From: Octopus vulgaris
Taxonomy: Eukaryota
Reading direction: 5' to 3'
DNA: 64,000 bases
NCBI GenBank assembly: GCA_951406725.2
Contig: OX597823.1
Span: 41,230,001-41,294,000 of the forward strand
Part shown: positions 12,971 through 24,817 of the stretch, piece by piece
Layout: each line of letters opens with the position of its first letter
Position numbering within the stretch: position 1 is the stretch's first letter
Position numbers and translations under genes: made by a program
Notes under the pieces: model-generated
Told to the model about the DNA's origin: nothing
Databases searched by the model: none
What the model saw: only the letters and a program-made list of their open reading frames with translations

Positions 12971-13332
12971 GCTGATGGACAAGATTCCTTGCATTCTCGG
13001 TTTAAATCCTGCTAAGGCTAACTTTGCCTCCTACTCTTCTGAGTGGATGAGAAGAATTGGTAGATTGTCAGGTTAGGCACCTTATAGTATTTTTCCTGAC
13101 TCTGTGTTCTGAGTTCAAATCCATCCATGGCCAACTTGGTTGGTAGAATTAATCCATCATCTAGTTTAACACCACAGCTTGATCCTAGGGCAACATTTGG
13201 TTGAATCCCACCAAAGGTACTCAAGGATCAGGTTTCCAGTTTCAGGAGACCTTCCTCTCTTTCTAACTAATCAAAGAGGTTATAATGAGACATAAGGATT
13301 GGTCTGCCCTCGTGACTGATGAAAAACTCACT

Positions 13333-14095
13333 CATCATCATCAGCATCATTTAGTGTTTATTTTCTATAATGGCATAAGTTGGACAGTTTGACAGGAGTT
13401 GTCAAGGCTGGGAGCTGTAGCAGGCTCAAATATCTGTTTTGGCATGGTTTCTACAGCTTGCTTCCCTTCCTAATGCTAACCACTTTACAGATTTATTGAC
13501 CGCTTTTTACATAGCACCAGCACCAACAAAGTCACTAAGTACCTTACAAATATGGGGCGGGGGGAGTTGATGGGGCAGAGAAGATGGGGTGGGAGTGGGA
13601 GAAGGGCAGAACCCCTGATGAACAAGCATTACCACGATGAATTTAGGATATCAACTCTGCTGTGGTGGGCAGTTCTTGAGTACAGCAAGGTGTCAGAAAT
13701 CTCAGTCCTTCGTCATCTCCTTTGTAAAGTTCAGCATCTCAAGATTAGCCTTCAATACTTGATGCCATTTCTTCCTGGGTTTCCCTCTTCCTCAAGTTCC
13801 ACTCACTTTAAGCAGTCAGCACTTCTTTGCACAACTGTCCTTATCCATACATTTCACATGACCAAACCAGTGCAGTCTTCTTTCTCACACACTTCATTTA
13901 ATTCCTCTTATGTCCAACTTTTCTTGCAATACACTAACACTCTGTCACACATGTACACTAACATTGCACATTGAGTAGAGCATACTAGCTTAATTCCTCT
14001 CTAGTCTACACATCATATCCTCTATATTACTGATCTATGTCTCACTACCATGTAGCATTGCTGTTCATACATATGCACCACACAACCTTCCTTTA
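13333..14095 (-). mobile_element. RTE-clade LINE 3' fragment (ORF C-terminus, 3' UTR and (GAT)n tail)
   Basis: The minus strand reads KGRLC...TAMLHGSET...RLERN.ASML..MCNV...EKLDIRGI...ERRLHWFGHVKCMDKDSC.KKC...GRGKPRKKW, with internal stops. It continues into the tail motif shared with many short copies. Confidence 0.8.
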
Positions 14096-14490
14096 ATGAT
14101 ATTTTCTTAATCATCATGTGTGGCAGCAAACAAATGATACATATATGAGTTGTCAATTATGAATACTCAGGGATATTAACCAATGTCTCTTTCATGAAAG
14201 AGAACCAAAGACAATGTTATTATCCTTCAAAAGAAAGAGGGTAAAATAGGTATACATGTATGTATTCATAGATGTGTGTGTGTGTGTGTTGTTCATACAT
14301 ATGCACCACACAACCTTCCTTTAGTAATATTTTCTTGATCAGCAAACACAGATGATACATATATGAGGTAAAGTTAATTAGAGAATACTGAGGGGGAGAT
14401 TAATCTATGTGTCTTCTACAATAGAGAACCAAAGGTAAAAGGTAGTGCTTCTTTTGAGAAGAGAGTAAAAGTTGGAAAAGGATATATATC
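14062..14490. repeat. diverged tandem duplication (unit about 230 bp)
   Basis: GTTCATACATATGCACCACACAACCTTCCTTTA occurs at 14062 and 14291, and the downstream blocks GATACATATATGAG, GAATACT and AGAGAACCAAAG are repeated in the same order. Confidence 0.8.
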
Positions 14491-14498
14491 TGCATATA

Positions 14499-14530
<32 letters not shown>

Positions 14531-14619
14531 GATAAATAGATAGATAGATAGATGTGTGTGTATATATAAAAGCATATATGTGTCTGTCGGGGGGTGTATA
14601 TATATATATATATATATAT

Positions 14620-14836
14620 AAAGTTAATCCAAACAAGAAAGCACAAAAAAACAACAACGCGAGGACGTGGAACAAATATAGTATTATTGGACGCTCAGAA
14701 AAGAAGGAAAGAAGGAGGGTTTAAGGTTTCGAGCGGAGCTCTTTGTCGGAAACATAGGAGAAGGAAAGATCCAGAGAAGGGAAGACAAAGGAAAAAAAAT
14801 CACCAACGGTACACACGAGGTCACATTTTGAAAGAC
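14620..14836 (-). mobile_element. short Penelope-like terminal-repeat-derived element in a (TA)n tract, with degenerate hammerhead-like motif
   Basis: Minus strand 14754-14719 reads GTTT-CCGACAA-A-GAGC-TCC-GCTC-GAAAC-CTT-AAAC. The element is flanked on both sides by (TA)n. Confidence 0.5.
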
Positions 14837-14853
14837 ATATATATATATATATA

Positions 14854-15223
14854 CTAGCACTATGACCCGGCAACACCGAGTCATAGTGCTAGTGCATGCA
14901 TATACAGCTGTGTGCGTGTGCACATACATGCGAGTACTGTCCAAATCTCCGACTAATCTCATACAGCTAGCTGGCATTGAATTGGCATATCAAGTTTCGT
15001 GCATTTTGATTGGGCTTTGGATAGAAAATTCACAAAAAAGTTACTTCTGTTGATTTTTTAATGGCTTTGCGGGGTGGCTGGGGAAATGTAGAGATGTGCA
15101 CGACCACCCTTGGACGATTTTGAATGACCATAGAAAGTGCAAGCCTTCTAACTGAAAAATTGGGGATTTGTATAAAGGATATACACACACACAGACAGAC
15201 ATTTTGCCATTTATATATATAGA
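14854..15223 (-). mobile_element. non-autonomous Helitron (370 bp)
   Basis: The minus strand begins A|TCTATATATATAAATGGC (5' TC) and ends ...GACTCGGTGTTGCCGGGTCATAGTGCTAG|T (subterminal hairpin plus CTAG). It is inserted between A and T with no TSD. Confidence 0.85.
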
Positions 15224-15436
15224 TATATATATATATATATGCACAGCCTTGGTTTTTTATCTCATTACACAAGAAATTCTTATATACACACGCTGACATA
15301 GAACCAACGTTGAACCCTTTATTCGCAAAATTACCGAATCTGGAACTTAACTATGGCCTGTCTATAGCACTTATTCAGCATTACCTGACACCTTTGGGTG
15401 TCAATGACACCATTATCTCTCATAACCTCAACTATA

Positions 15437-16001
15437 TCATCATCATCATCGTTTAGCGTCCGCTTTCTATGCTAGCATGGGTTGGACGGTTCTACTGGGG
15501 TCTGTGAAGCCAGAAGGCTTCATCAGGCCCAGTCAAATCTGGCAGTGTTTCTACGGCTGGATGCCCTTCCTAACGCCAGCCACTCCGTGAGTGTAGTGGG
15601 TGCTTTTTACGTGCCACCCGCACAGGTGCCAGACAGAGCTGGCAAACGGCCACGAACGGATGGTGCTTTTTATGTGCCACCGGTACGAGGGCCAGGTGAG
15701 GCTGGCAACGGACACGAACGGATGGTGTTTTTTACGTGCCACCGGCACGAGGGCCAGGCGAGGCTGGCAACGGACACGAACGGATGGTGCTTTTTACGTG
15801 CCACCGGCACGAGGCCAGTCGGGGCAGGCACTGGCAACGGTCACGAAACGGAAGGTTCTCTTACATGCCACCGGCACTGGTAACACATCTGCAATTTCCA
15901 TTGATCGATTTCGATTCTGATCCTCACTTGCCTCAACAGGTCTTCACAAGTAGATTTTCGACATGCCACCGGCACTGGTAACACATCTGCAATTTCCATT
16001 G
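15437..16001 (-). mobile_element. young GC-rich (GAT)n-tailed retroposon with about 61-bp internal tandem array
   Basis: Tail CATCATCATCGTTTAGCGTCCGC; four to five units of GGTGCTTTTTACGTGCCACCGGCACGAGGGCCAGGCGAGGCTGGCAACGGACACGAACGGA at about 15598-15850; CpGs retained. Confidence 0.8.
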
Positions 16002-16639
16002 TGTGTATATACATATGCACACACACGCATACACACGTGGAGCAAAAATAGAGAAGCAGCAGCAAAAACATATATTTATAAAGACCAAAGAAAGACTTTC
16101 GTTTCTAATAAATGGAAGAAGTTTTGTGGATTGTGCTGCTGTTTATAATCATAATTGTAACATCTGTTGTGTCAAAGAATATAAATAAACTCATTAGATG
16201 AAGGCTGTCAGTGACATTGGTCTTGTTTTTTGTTATCATGGATGTAGGGAGATATATGTATGCATGTGTGTGTGTGTGTTAGTGCATTGGTGTGTGTCGA
16301 CACATGAGTGTTTATTTCCATTTGTTTATTTAATCACACACAGACATGTGCACAAGCATGCTTACACACAGATGTTCAGTCAGTTCTCTTGTATATATAA
16401 TACACATACATGCATATACATATATCACTGTATACAACTCTGTGATTACACACACTCACTAACACACACACACATTCATATATAACTTGTGATTATACAT
16501 ACATATACACATGCCTATGTACACACACACTCACACCATTGAATTGAAAGTAGCCAATTAGAGGAAAAGATATTGCTTTAAAATATAAGAAAATAAAATA
16601 ATGAAGTTAATGGATCATTAATAAAAATTTGCTGATGAA

Positions 16640-17035
16640 GAAGATATAATGTGGATCAAATGATTGGATTACTAAGCAGGTTGTGTGAATCATGACATCA
16701 TTAGGGGGAAATGAATAGGAAATGATAGAAGCACATTCACTGTCATGGACAATGAAAAGAAAATATGGAAATGTCACTTCAAGATGTTGTTTTTAAATGA
16801 GGAGAATGTATAAGAAATAGAGAGAGAGAAAAGGGTTCTAACCTAAGTAAGCCCAACAAAAGGATTTGATACTGAAGTTGGCAGCTATATGGTATTTAGG
16901 ATGGGCACTGAGATATCTAGTGAAGGTTACATAATAATCGCTTGTATAGACAGACAAGTAGTACATGGAAATGACATATCAAGTGACTCTTATATCAGTA
17001 TCATTGCCAACAAGATCAAAAGGGATGTCCTAAGA
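16640..17035 (+). mobile_element. degenerate internal fragment of an RTE-like LINE (region upstream of RT)
   Basis: Broken translation NHDIIRG..IGNDRSTFTVMDNEKKIWKCHF...LNEEN...ISSEGY....RQVVHGNDISSD...SIIAN...KRDVL resembles RTE 'DVIGEKCIRNDDG...KKAWKEHY..LLNEEN...IPSDW..S.I...YKGKGD'. Confidence 0.5.
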
Positions 17036-20000
17036 TAAAGTTTCTCAAACCAGGGTATGAATACACTTAAAGATATACAAAAAAAAAATTACAAATTGTG
17101 CCAGATTTGTAAAAAAAAAAAAAAAGCACCAAAATTTTGAAGTAATACAATCAACTATTTATCAAACACCCAGATTTAGTAAATGGTATTTATTTTTAAA
17201 AAATTGTCAAATATGTTGTTTGGAAATCTCAACTTATTTATAATAATTAATAATGGAATATAGAATATACTTTGTTTTATGATATTTGGAAAACGGTATT
17301 CATTGCTGTCTGTTTTATGGTATCCAAATATTTTACACTTTATTGTTCACAAGGGGTACATCAACACTATTCTTATACTGTATATGACTATGAAATGACT
17401 ATGAACATGTGTTGACAACCAGTGTTGGTTTGTTTTACTTAGTGTAACTTAGTGGAGAATATGTTTCTATAGAATTGTTTCTCTATTTTGTATATTTTCA
17501 ATCTTTTCCATGAATATTTAAGATATATTTCAGCATTTTCACTGCTAACACATTTTCAAACAAATAATCAACTGGGAAATATGTTTTGTTAGATTATTTC
17601 ACCATTTCTTATGAAATGGTTCTTATGAAAGTTTAAAATTACTTCAATAACTTGTTTTGCTCTTTCTTTTAAATGTTTAAGAAAAGAAATGTGATCTAGA
17701 TGATTGGATTACATCCTTTCTCAAGAGAAATAACATTGCAGCTTCTTCTATCTGTCTTTATACTCTGACAAATTAATAAAATCTTATTATGGAGATCGCA
17801 TTTAGTGCAAAAAGAAAACAATCTTGTATTTAAGACAAAAACAAATAAAATTGGCTTGCTGCATTTATTCAAAGAACCTGGGTTGGAAATAAGAAATGGT
17901 ATATTATAATGATTGCCATGAAAAAGACAAATACCACTTCAGATATGCTAACAATAGAAGCTTCTGATTGGATAAAATTCGAAGACTTATAACTTTTTAA
18001 TTAGTAATTTCTTATGGAAATTAGTATGATTTTTATCATCAGGATACAAAACTGAATCAGTGGAGAAAACTTGAAAAATTTCTGTATGATTTGATCAAAT
18101 TTCTATATTATTTCAGTATTTCGTGTACAATTTTAAAAAGTAACTTAAAATGGAAATGTAAAAAAGAGGTTAGTTATGTGACAATTGTTATACTGTTAGT
18201 TGAGGGAACTTTAGTTGCTATGACCAAAACACAGATGCATGTAGGTTATGTCGGTTTAAAGCTATACAGTAAAAACGGAAATGTGTTAGTAAAAAATGAA
18301 ACTGCAAGAAAGTGAAATTGTCATTGCTATCTAAATTTTAAATAATGCAGAAAATAATCTGCATCACAATTTCCTTTTTTAAAGAACCTTATCATGCATT
18401 ACGCAATGCAATGTTGTATTCCGAAAGGAAGTCAGCCAGGTTCTGACTTTTTGCAAATGCAAACCATGATCAGGTTTCAGCTTAGCGATGAAATCAATTT
18501 AATATTGCTAATAGTTTAGAAGAGAATGTCATCAACGACGTAACTTTCCATTTCCCCTCTTTTATAAGTTTGAATTGCCATCGTCGTCTGAAAATCATTA
18601 TATTCAAATACGTTGAAAATAGTTTCTTGACAAACTTCCAAGATACACGGTTACAAGCATATATAATCTATTTTTATTGCTTTTTTATTAAGATTTTTCT
18701 ATTTTCAATCACTTCTAATTTTCTCTCAACTCTTCAAAAATAATCTACTAGAATTAATTAAAAATTATAAAAGAGAATTTAACGTAATCTACTGCAGCTA
18801 AAATAAGTACCTTGAACTAGTAAGCTAAGTTGATGTTCATATGAAGCTATCTCATTTTGGTCGCTCAGACAAGCAAGCTAAGAGTTTCATCATCATAATT
18901 AAACTCTTTTATTTACATAGTGTTTACACACTTAACAGAATATTAATAAATATTCTGACTACGTCATATACATACGCACACATACTTAAGAAAAATACAA
19001 AGCTTTGAACATAAGATTTAATCTGATGTAGTTGAAAGGACATGAAATACGTATGTGTACAAATTGTAGTGTGTATGTATATGTATATATATATATATAT
19101 ATGTTGATTTGCTTACAAAAAATTGAAGAATACTATCAGTTGTTCCGAAAGAAGTCAGTACAAAATGACGCAAATGAATCAATAGCGGCAAAATCTGAAA
19201 TAACATAGATCTTGACAATGTACTGTTTATTTTCACGAATCTTTAAAGAGAAAGCACCATTGTTATTATGTAAGTGTTTAAACTAATCATTAAAATGTTA
19301 TAACTGACTAAGGTAGAGAGTAAGACTAAAGTGTGGCAGATTATTTCTGTTATATGAATTAAAATGTAATTTTTTGCCTGGTGTAATATACGTACATAGC
19401 TTGGACTACTGGTAACCCCTATCACCCATCCCCATATTATACATCTTACTTATTACTTATCGTTCAGGCCTTCCTCTGTTATGTCTATCACTTATGCTTC
19501 TTACTCTGTAAAAAGGCTGGCTAACAAGCAGAAACATGGGGTTGTGAAGTCACTTTAATCATATCGAGCAGAGGACTACCTCTTGAGTGCTGGTGTTGTG
19601 AAATTTCACTTAAAGTGTAAGATGGTGAGGATCCTTTTAGTCTTGTCGAGGACATAACACCTTACTAATGCTTTCCTTCAAAAGAAGCGCCCAGTACATT
19701 CTATAAAGTGATTGCTGTTAGAAAGGATATCTAGCCATAGAAACCAAGCAAAAACCAAAAGAAAATGCATGGTAATGGAGGTGCCTGATCTGTTGAAGTG
19801 ATCAGAAACCCATAAATATGCATTGATTCCAACTGTGTTGTTCCACTTATTCCATGCCAGTATGAAAAGAGGGTCTAAACAAAAACAGTGCTGGTGTGAA
19901 TGATGGCGATGAAGTTGATGATGATGATGAGGATGATGCTGGTTGAATGAATAATGACGATGAATATGATGTTGCTGCGGATAGAAATAAAACTACCTCC

Positions 20001-20520
20001 ATAAAAAAAAATGCTGTTAAAAGTGAGTACAGGTAACTCCTGCCAACTGTATTGAGTGCTACTTTCTTTCATTCATATAGTTGTATGGTTCCATTTCAAA
20101 GCAGAAACAACCAATTTGCTAAGTTCTTTTGTTTTTGTGCGTCTCTCATATTTTGAATCACTGTTTCACTGGTTTAAATCTGAAACCAAAGCCATGCTGG
20201 GCACTGTCATTAAAATACGATGCCAATGGTTTTCTCTGGAGACCATTGTTAAGCAATATTGTTTAAAAATTATGCTGCCACTGATGAAGCATATCAATGT
20301 TGCTTGTGGGTGAATAAATTGCAATTATCTGTAATTCTTTTCTAATTACATGATCTTTTCCTCTAGAAATAATGTGGATACCAGTAATATCTTACAGGCA
20401 TTTATCAATAACAAAAGTAGGTATCATAGATGCTTTATAAAAGAGATTTAAATTTTGATCTCTCAAGAAACAAGTTTGTTCAGGTATAGGAGATATATTT
20501 CAAGTGTTTATATTGGAAAT

Positions 20521-20935
20521 GGTGGAGGAGCATGGTTTAGTGGTTAGGGTGTTGCATTCATGATCATAAGATTGTGGTTTTGATTTCTGGACTGAGTGAT
20601 GTGTTATGTTCTTGAGCAAAGCACTTCATTTCATGTTGCTCCAGTCGATTCATCAGGCAAAAAATGAGTAATCCTGCAATGAACCAGCATCCCATCGATA
20701 GAGGGATCAATACATCATAGAATCCAAGAGACCAGCCTTATGAGCCTATCACTCAGAAAGGACCTTTGTCTTTCCCTTGGATAATATCGGTGGCAAGGAG
20801 AGGGGAAGCTAGTATGCATGGGCAACTGCTGGTTTTCTATAAACAACCTTGCCCAGACTTGTGCCTCGGAGGGTAACTTTCTAGGTACAATCCCATAGTC
20901 ATTCATGATCGAAAGGGGTCTTTATACCCTTTACC
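20521..20935 (+). mobile_element. tRNA/CORE-like SINE inserted in the Helitron helicase region
   Basis: Head GGAGCATGGTTTAGTGGTTAGGGTG; the tail is homologous to the 10312-10656 element. An approximate TSD TTTA(TA)TTGRAAAT lies on both sides. Confidence 0.8.
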
Positions 20936-21749
20936 ATTATTTATTGAAAATAGCGAATAGCTCAAATAAGCTACATGATGTCTAACCATCTAGCAGTAAT
21001 ATACTGTCCCACATACACTTCATACATTAGAACTGAGAAATGAATATATTCATTATATAAAATTTACTACATTCTCCTTGATCATCAGTATAAAAGTAAT
21101 TAGATTCTGGAATTTCTCTTCATTTATAACAACATGGTTATAATTCTTTTTTCATTGTTCAGATTAATGAAATTAATTGAATATGTTTGAAACACTTGTT
21201 CAGTTATATTTCTAAACTCTCCAGGTTTCTTGTAGTTCTTTTCTCAAAGAATCTAACATATTTTTGATTGAAACTTAAGTTTTTTTTTTTCTCTCTCTGT
21301 TCTCTATGCTGAAGATCTTGCCACATGATATTGTTTGCTTGTTGACTGCATGTAAATGATAACACCCTACAGAATGTCCTGCGTTGGTCTTAGGATGAAG
21401 AATAAAAACAACAATTTGTACATACTAATAGGGATAAATTCTAAGGCCTACTACAAAATTGATCCTCTGACTAGTCCATCACATTTGGGGAAATATCATG
21501 CTAAATTCATTATGGCAAATCTATACCTTTGAACTGCACAGCTGGAGAATGGAGTTGTTAAAACAACTGTTTTGGCATTCTGAAGTTACCACCAAAACTT
21601 TCACCTTTTATAAAACTCGTTAGAAGGATCTGGAATGTCAAATCATGTGCTGGTTCGATGCTGATTGGTCAGTTAATCAGCCGACCCTCAACATGGCATT
21701 CACACCACTGTCCAGTTTTATTTTGCATTTTGAAGCATAAACAAATACA

Positions 21750-22973
21750 CAGACATGACACAAGTAAATAAACATCTTTATAATCATTAAAATTTATTTA
21801 AATCTGAAATTATACATTCAAATTATTTATTAATTGTTATAATGTGAATATTTAATATTTAGTAGACATGCCCTATGCATTTTTCAAAGCAAGGACTTTA
21901 TTAGGTATGTTACTGATCAGATGATGAATATTCTCTTGTGGGATTTCTTGCCAAGTTTCATATGGCAATCTCAAAAGATCTGGCTTTGAAGATGTTTACT
22001 TGTTCTTTTTATGAAGTGTCCTGTCCATTATGTCCCAGACCAGAGACGTTCAATAGGCTTCATATCTGGTGACTGGCTTGGCCATGTAAGCTTTTTAATG
22101 CTATTCTCATCCAACAAATCTTGGGTCATTTTAGTTATGTGACAAGGAGTCCCATCTTCCATAAATAGTCTTCTTTAATCATTTCACCACTGGAGAATAT
22201 TGGAAGGAGTCCTTTCTGCAAAGAGGACACATATTCATTTGAGTTTATGTTTCCCTCACACTCCACTAGCTCTAATCAACCATTGCTCCAAATTGTTCCC
22301 CAGACCATCAAAGAATAGCTGCAATGTTTTCATATCAAATTCTTGATCACAGAGTCTCCAGATCCACACTCCACCACTGTCAGGAAATACAGCAAATCTG
22401 GACACACCAGAGAATGTGACAGTGTCTCAAAATGTTAATGGCCTCTCCACCATCTAACTGGCTCAATCTCTTCTCCACTTGATGCTGGCTGGTCAAAGAA
22501 GTGGCATCCTTCTTGCTGCTCTACCATGGTAACCAAGTTTGTGGAGATACCTGATAGCTGTTCTGGAACTGACATCAACTTGTTCTGTTATGTCAGAGGC
22601 CTTGCAATGAGGATTATTCTCCACACTTCTTTTAACAAAGAGAAGAGTCCTGTCAGAGAACCCTGGTTGAACTGGGTGAGGTGATGTAGACTCCCTCTCT
22701 GGTGAATTGCATAATCACTATTAATTATAGAAAGTAGGATCCCAAGGTTTTCTGCGATTTTACGCTATGTCCGCCTTCAGAATGACCCACAATGTGGCCT
22801 CTTTGAAATTCAGACAGTTTCAAGGCTTCTTTTGTAGGTGTCATGATTAAACAATCACATATAGAACCTAAAACATAAAAATGTCAATTAATAAAAAAAA
22901 TATAAACTGCTACAAGTTAGAATAAACATAAAACTATGTTTTATGGGGTGTTTATTTACTTCTGTCAAGTCTG
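21750..22973 (-). mobile_element. full-length decayed Tc1 (DD34E) DNA transposon
   Basis: TIRs CAGACATGACACAAGTAAATAAACA (21750) and TGTTTATTTACTTCTGTCAAGTCTG (ends 22973), followed by TA. It encloses a transposase remnant. Confidence 0.9.
21852..22844 (-). pseudogene. Tc1 transposase pseudogene
   Basis: ATG at 22844: MTPTKEALKLSEFQRGHIVG...RTAIRYLHKLGYHGRAARRMPLL...TVTFSGVSRF...MVWGTIWSNG...FMEDGTPCH...WPSQSPDMKPIE...GMSTKY*. There are 34 residues between the second D and the E, and multiple stops and frameshifts. Confidence 0.9.
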
Positions 22974-23250
22974 TATATGCAAACATTTTTATAAGATGTG
23001 ATAGCATTCTAAATGCTGAAACTTCACCCTAAGTTGTTTTCAAACCTGCTATCATTTTCCAGTAATACTAGTTGTATGCAAGCATCTTTAAAAGTTGATA
23101 TAATTTCTCCTTGGTTCTGGGAAGCAATAGACAGGGATGAAATTTTCAACATGTTTCAGGTTCATCAAAAGTAACAATGTTATGCTTTCTTTGGTTGCTT
23201 GTTTAACACATATTGAAAAGAAATCATTAAAAGTAATATACTACATGATT

Positions 23251-23642
23251 CAGTCATTAGACTGCGGCAATGCTAGGGCATCGCCCTGGAAACATTTTAA
23301 TCGAATGAATCGACTCTTGTACTTATTTATATTTAAGTTTGGTACGGTTCTATTGGTCTCTTTTGCCGAACTACTATGTTACGGGGACATAGACACACCG
23401 ACACTGGTTGTCAAGCAGTGATGTGGGGACAGACACAAAGACACATACACACATACACCTATGTGTGTGTGTGTGTGTGTGATGGGCTTCTTTCAGTTAC
23501 CATTTACTAAATCCACTCTGAAGGCTTTGGTCAGCCCAAAGCTGTAGTAAAAGACACTTACCCAAAGTGTCATACAGTGAGACTGAACCCAGAACCATGT
23601 GGTTAGAAAGCAAGTTTCTTACCACACAGCTATGCCTGCACC
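23251..23642 (-). mobile_element. tRNA-derived SINE with internal CA/GT microsatellite, inserted in the Helitron
   Basis: Head GGTGCAGGCATAGCTGTGTGGTAAGAAACTTGC on the minus strand; 7-bp TSD CATGATT at 23244-23250 and 23643-23649. Same family as 36809-37163, 52095-52503 and 58815-59190. Confidence 0.8.
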
Positions 23643-24658
23643 CATGATTTGAATTTTTATTTGCATGCTTGAACCATGCAATGAGATGTGTATCTTGGTT
23701 ACGTCAAGATTCTCTTGGATAGAAAACCTGCCGTTTTCAAAATTGGACTCTTAGTGAACTGAAACAGGAATGGTAAGTCTATAAACTCTGAGACATGTTA
23801 TGCATCTTACATTGAAACAACCTCTATATGGCTTCAGGAGGTGAGACATATACACAGGTCAGTCAAGATATAATTTCATCATGTTCAAGTAATTGATTTT
23901 TCTGTTCGCTGGTTGTGATCTATTCCTATTTCAATAGAAGTACAGTCATGACTTCAGCAGACATATTTAAAATATATTTTATATTTTGAAAAGAAAAAAA
24001 TATTTTTGTACAACCATTTACTTCATCAATGCCACTTCTCAGAAGCCATTTGTAAAGAATTTTGTTCCTATCAGATTTTCCAAAAAGAAGCGAGATTATT
24101 AACATCACATGGTCCTTATCATGAATTTTGTCACAAGATTCAACAATGAAATGTCTTCATTAGGAATTTCGGCAGGTATAAGTCTGTTGCTGACATTTGC
24201 ATTTCTAATTTTGGCTCCTTCTCAAAAAATAATCAACATGTGGCAGTATGGAAGGCTTCTCTTTCAAAAATTCCATTACACAGATGTGAGCTACTGGCAC
24301 ATCAAATACATGTTAGTCCTTTGTATCATTTAAATCTCACTGTTTCACTTTGCTACAGATTAATAATTATTTTGGGGCTTCTCGTATATCTTGTGTCTGT
24401 TAAAAAATTCTGCATTATCATATTCACCATTAATGTTGTAATATCTTGAAAAAAAAAACGGTGCATACTTCACAGACTTCCTTCAGATGAGGAATGCAGT
24501 ATAGTTGGAACTCCTGGACCTAGGTTTCTTATGCACCAAAATATCTATTAGATCCCTATACTCTGACTTGAAAATAAAATTGATTGTTCCAAATGAGAGA
24601 TGCAAGCATGCTAATGTGGTAAGAAGTTTTCCCAACCACAATACTTTGGACTTATTCA

Positions 24659-24817
24659 CAGGTGCAGTCCCAAGAATTTTCCGATGGAGGGGGCACGAGA
24701 TCAAAAGGGAATACAATTCCCGGAGAAAAGTGCGTAATAATATTATTTAGAAGGGTGTTCTTCTTTTCTTGAGGGGGGCACGAACCCCTCAGCCCCTCCT
24801 CTTTGGGTCCGACCCTG
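24659..24817. mobile_element. GC-rich TIR MITE (hAT/Harbinger-like) nested in a SINE head
   Basis: The ends CAGGTGCAGTCCCAAGA and TTTGGGTCCGACCCTG are imperfect inverted repeats. The SINE sequence before it (24600-24658) resumes after 24817. Confidence 0.6.

Larger units (their letters stand above)
20240..24450 (-). pseudogene. fossil autonomous Helitron RepHel (Rep HUH endonuclease plus Pif1-type helicase), fragmented
   Basis: Collinear minus-strand motifs: HVFDVPVAHICVMEF/KRSLPYCHMLII (Rep motif 2, about 24310-24228); LIPAEIPNE..LLNLVTKFMI/GPC (about 24185-24105); HDEII..LTCVYVSPPEAI.RLF..KMH (about 23885-23800); QDTHLIAWFK (about 23700-23668); GEIISTFKDACIQLVLLEND and SAFRMLSHLIKMFAY (about 23110-22976); decayed Walker A FYTDDQGECSKF (about 21100-21065); LLLDG.TSCSLFEL (about 21000-20960); KASMIP..IDKCL.DITGIH..RGK...YR (about 20440-20325). 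Confidence 0.8.

Noticed and set aside
15598-15850. CRISPR-like array
   Set aside because: The units are whole tandem repeats without unique spacers, inside a eukaryotic retroposon, and there are no cas genes.
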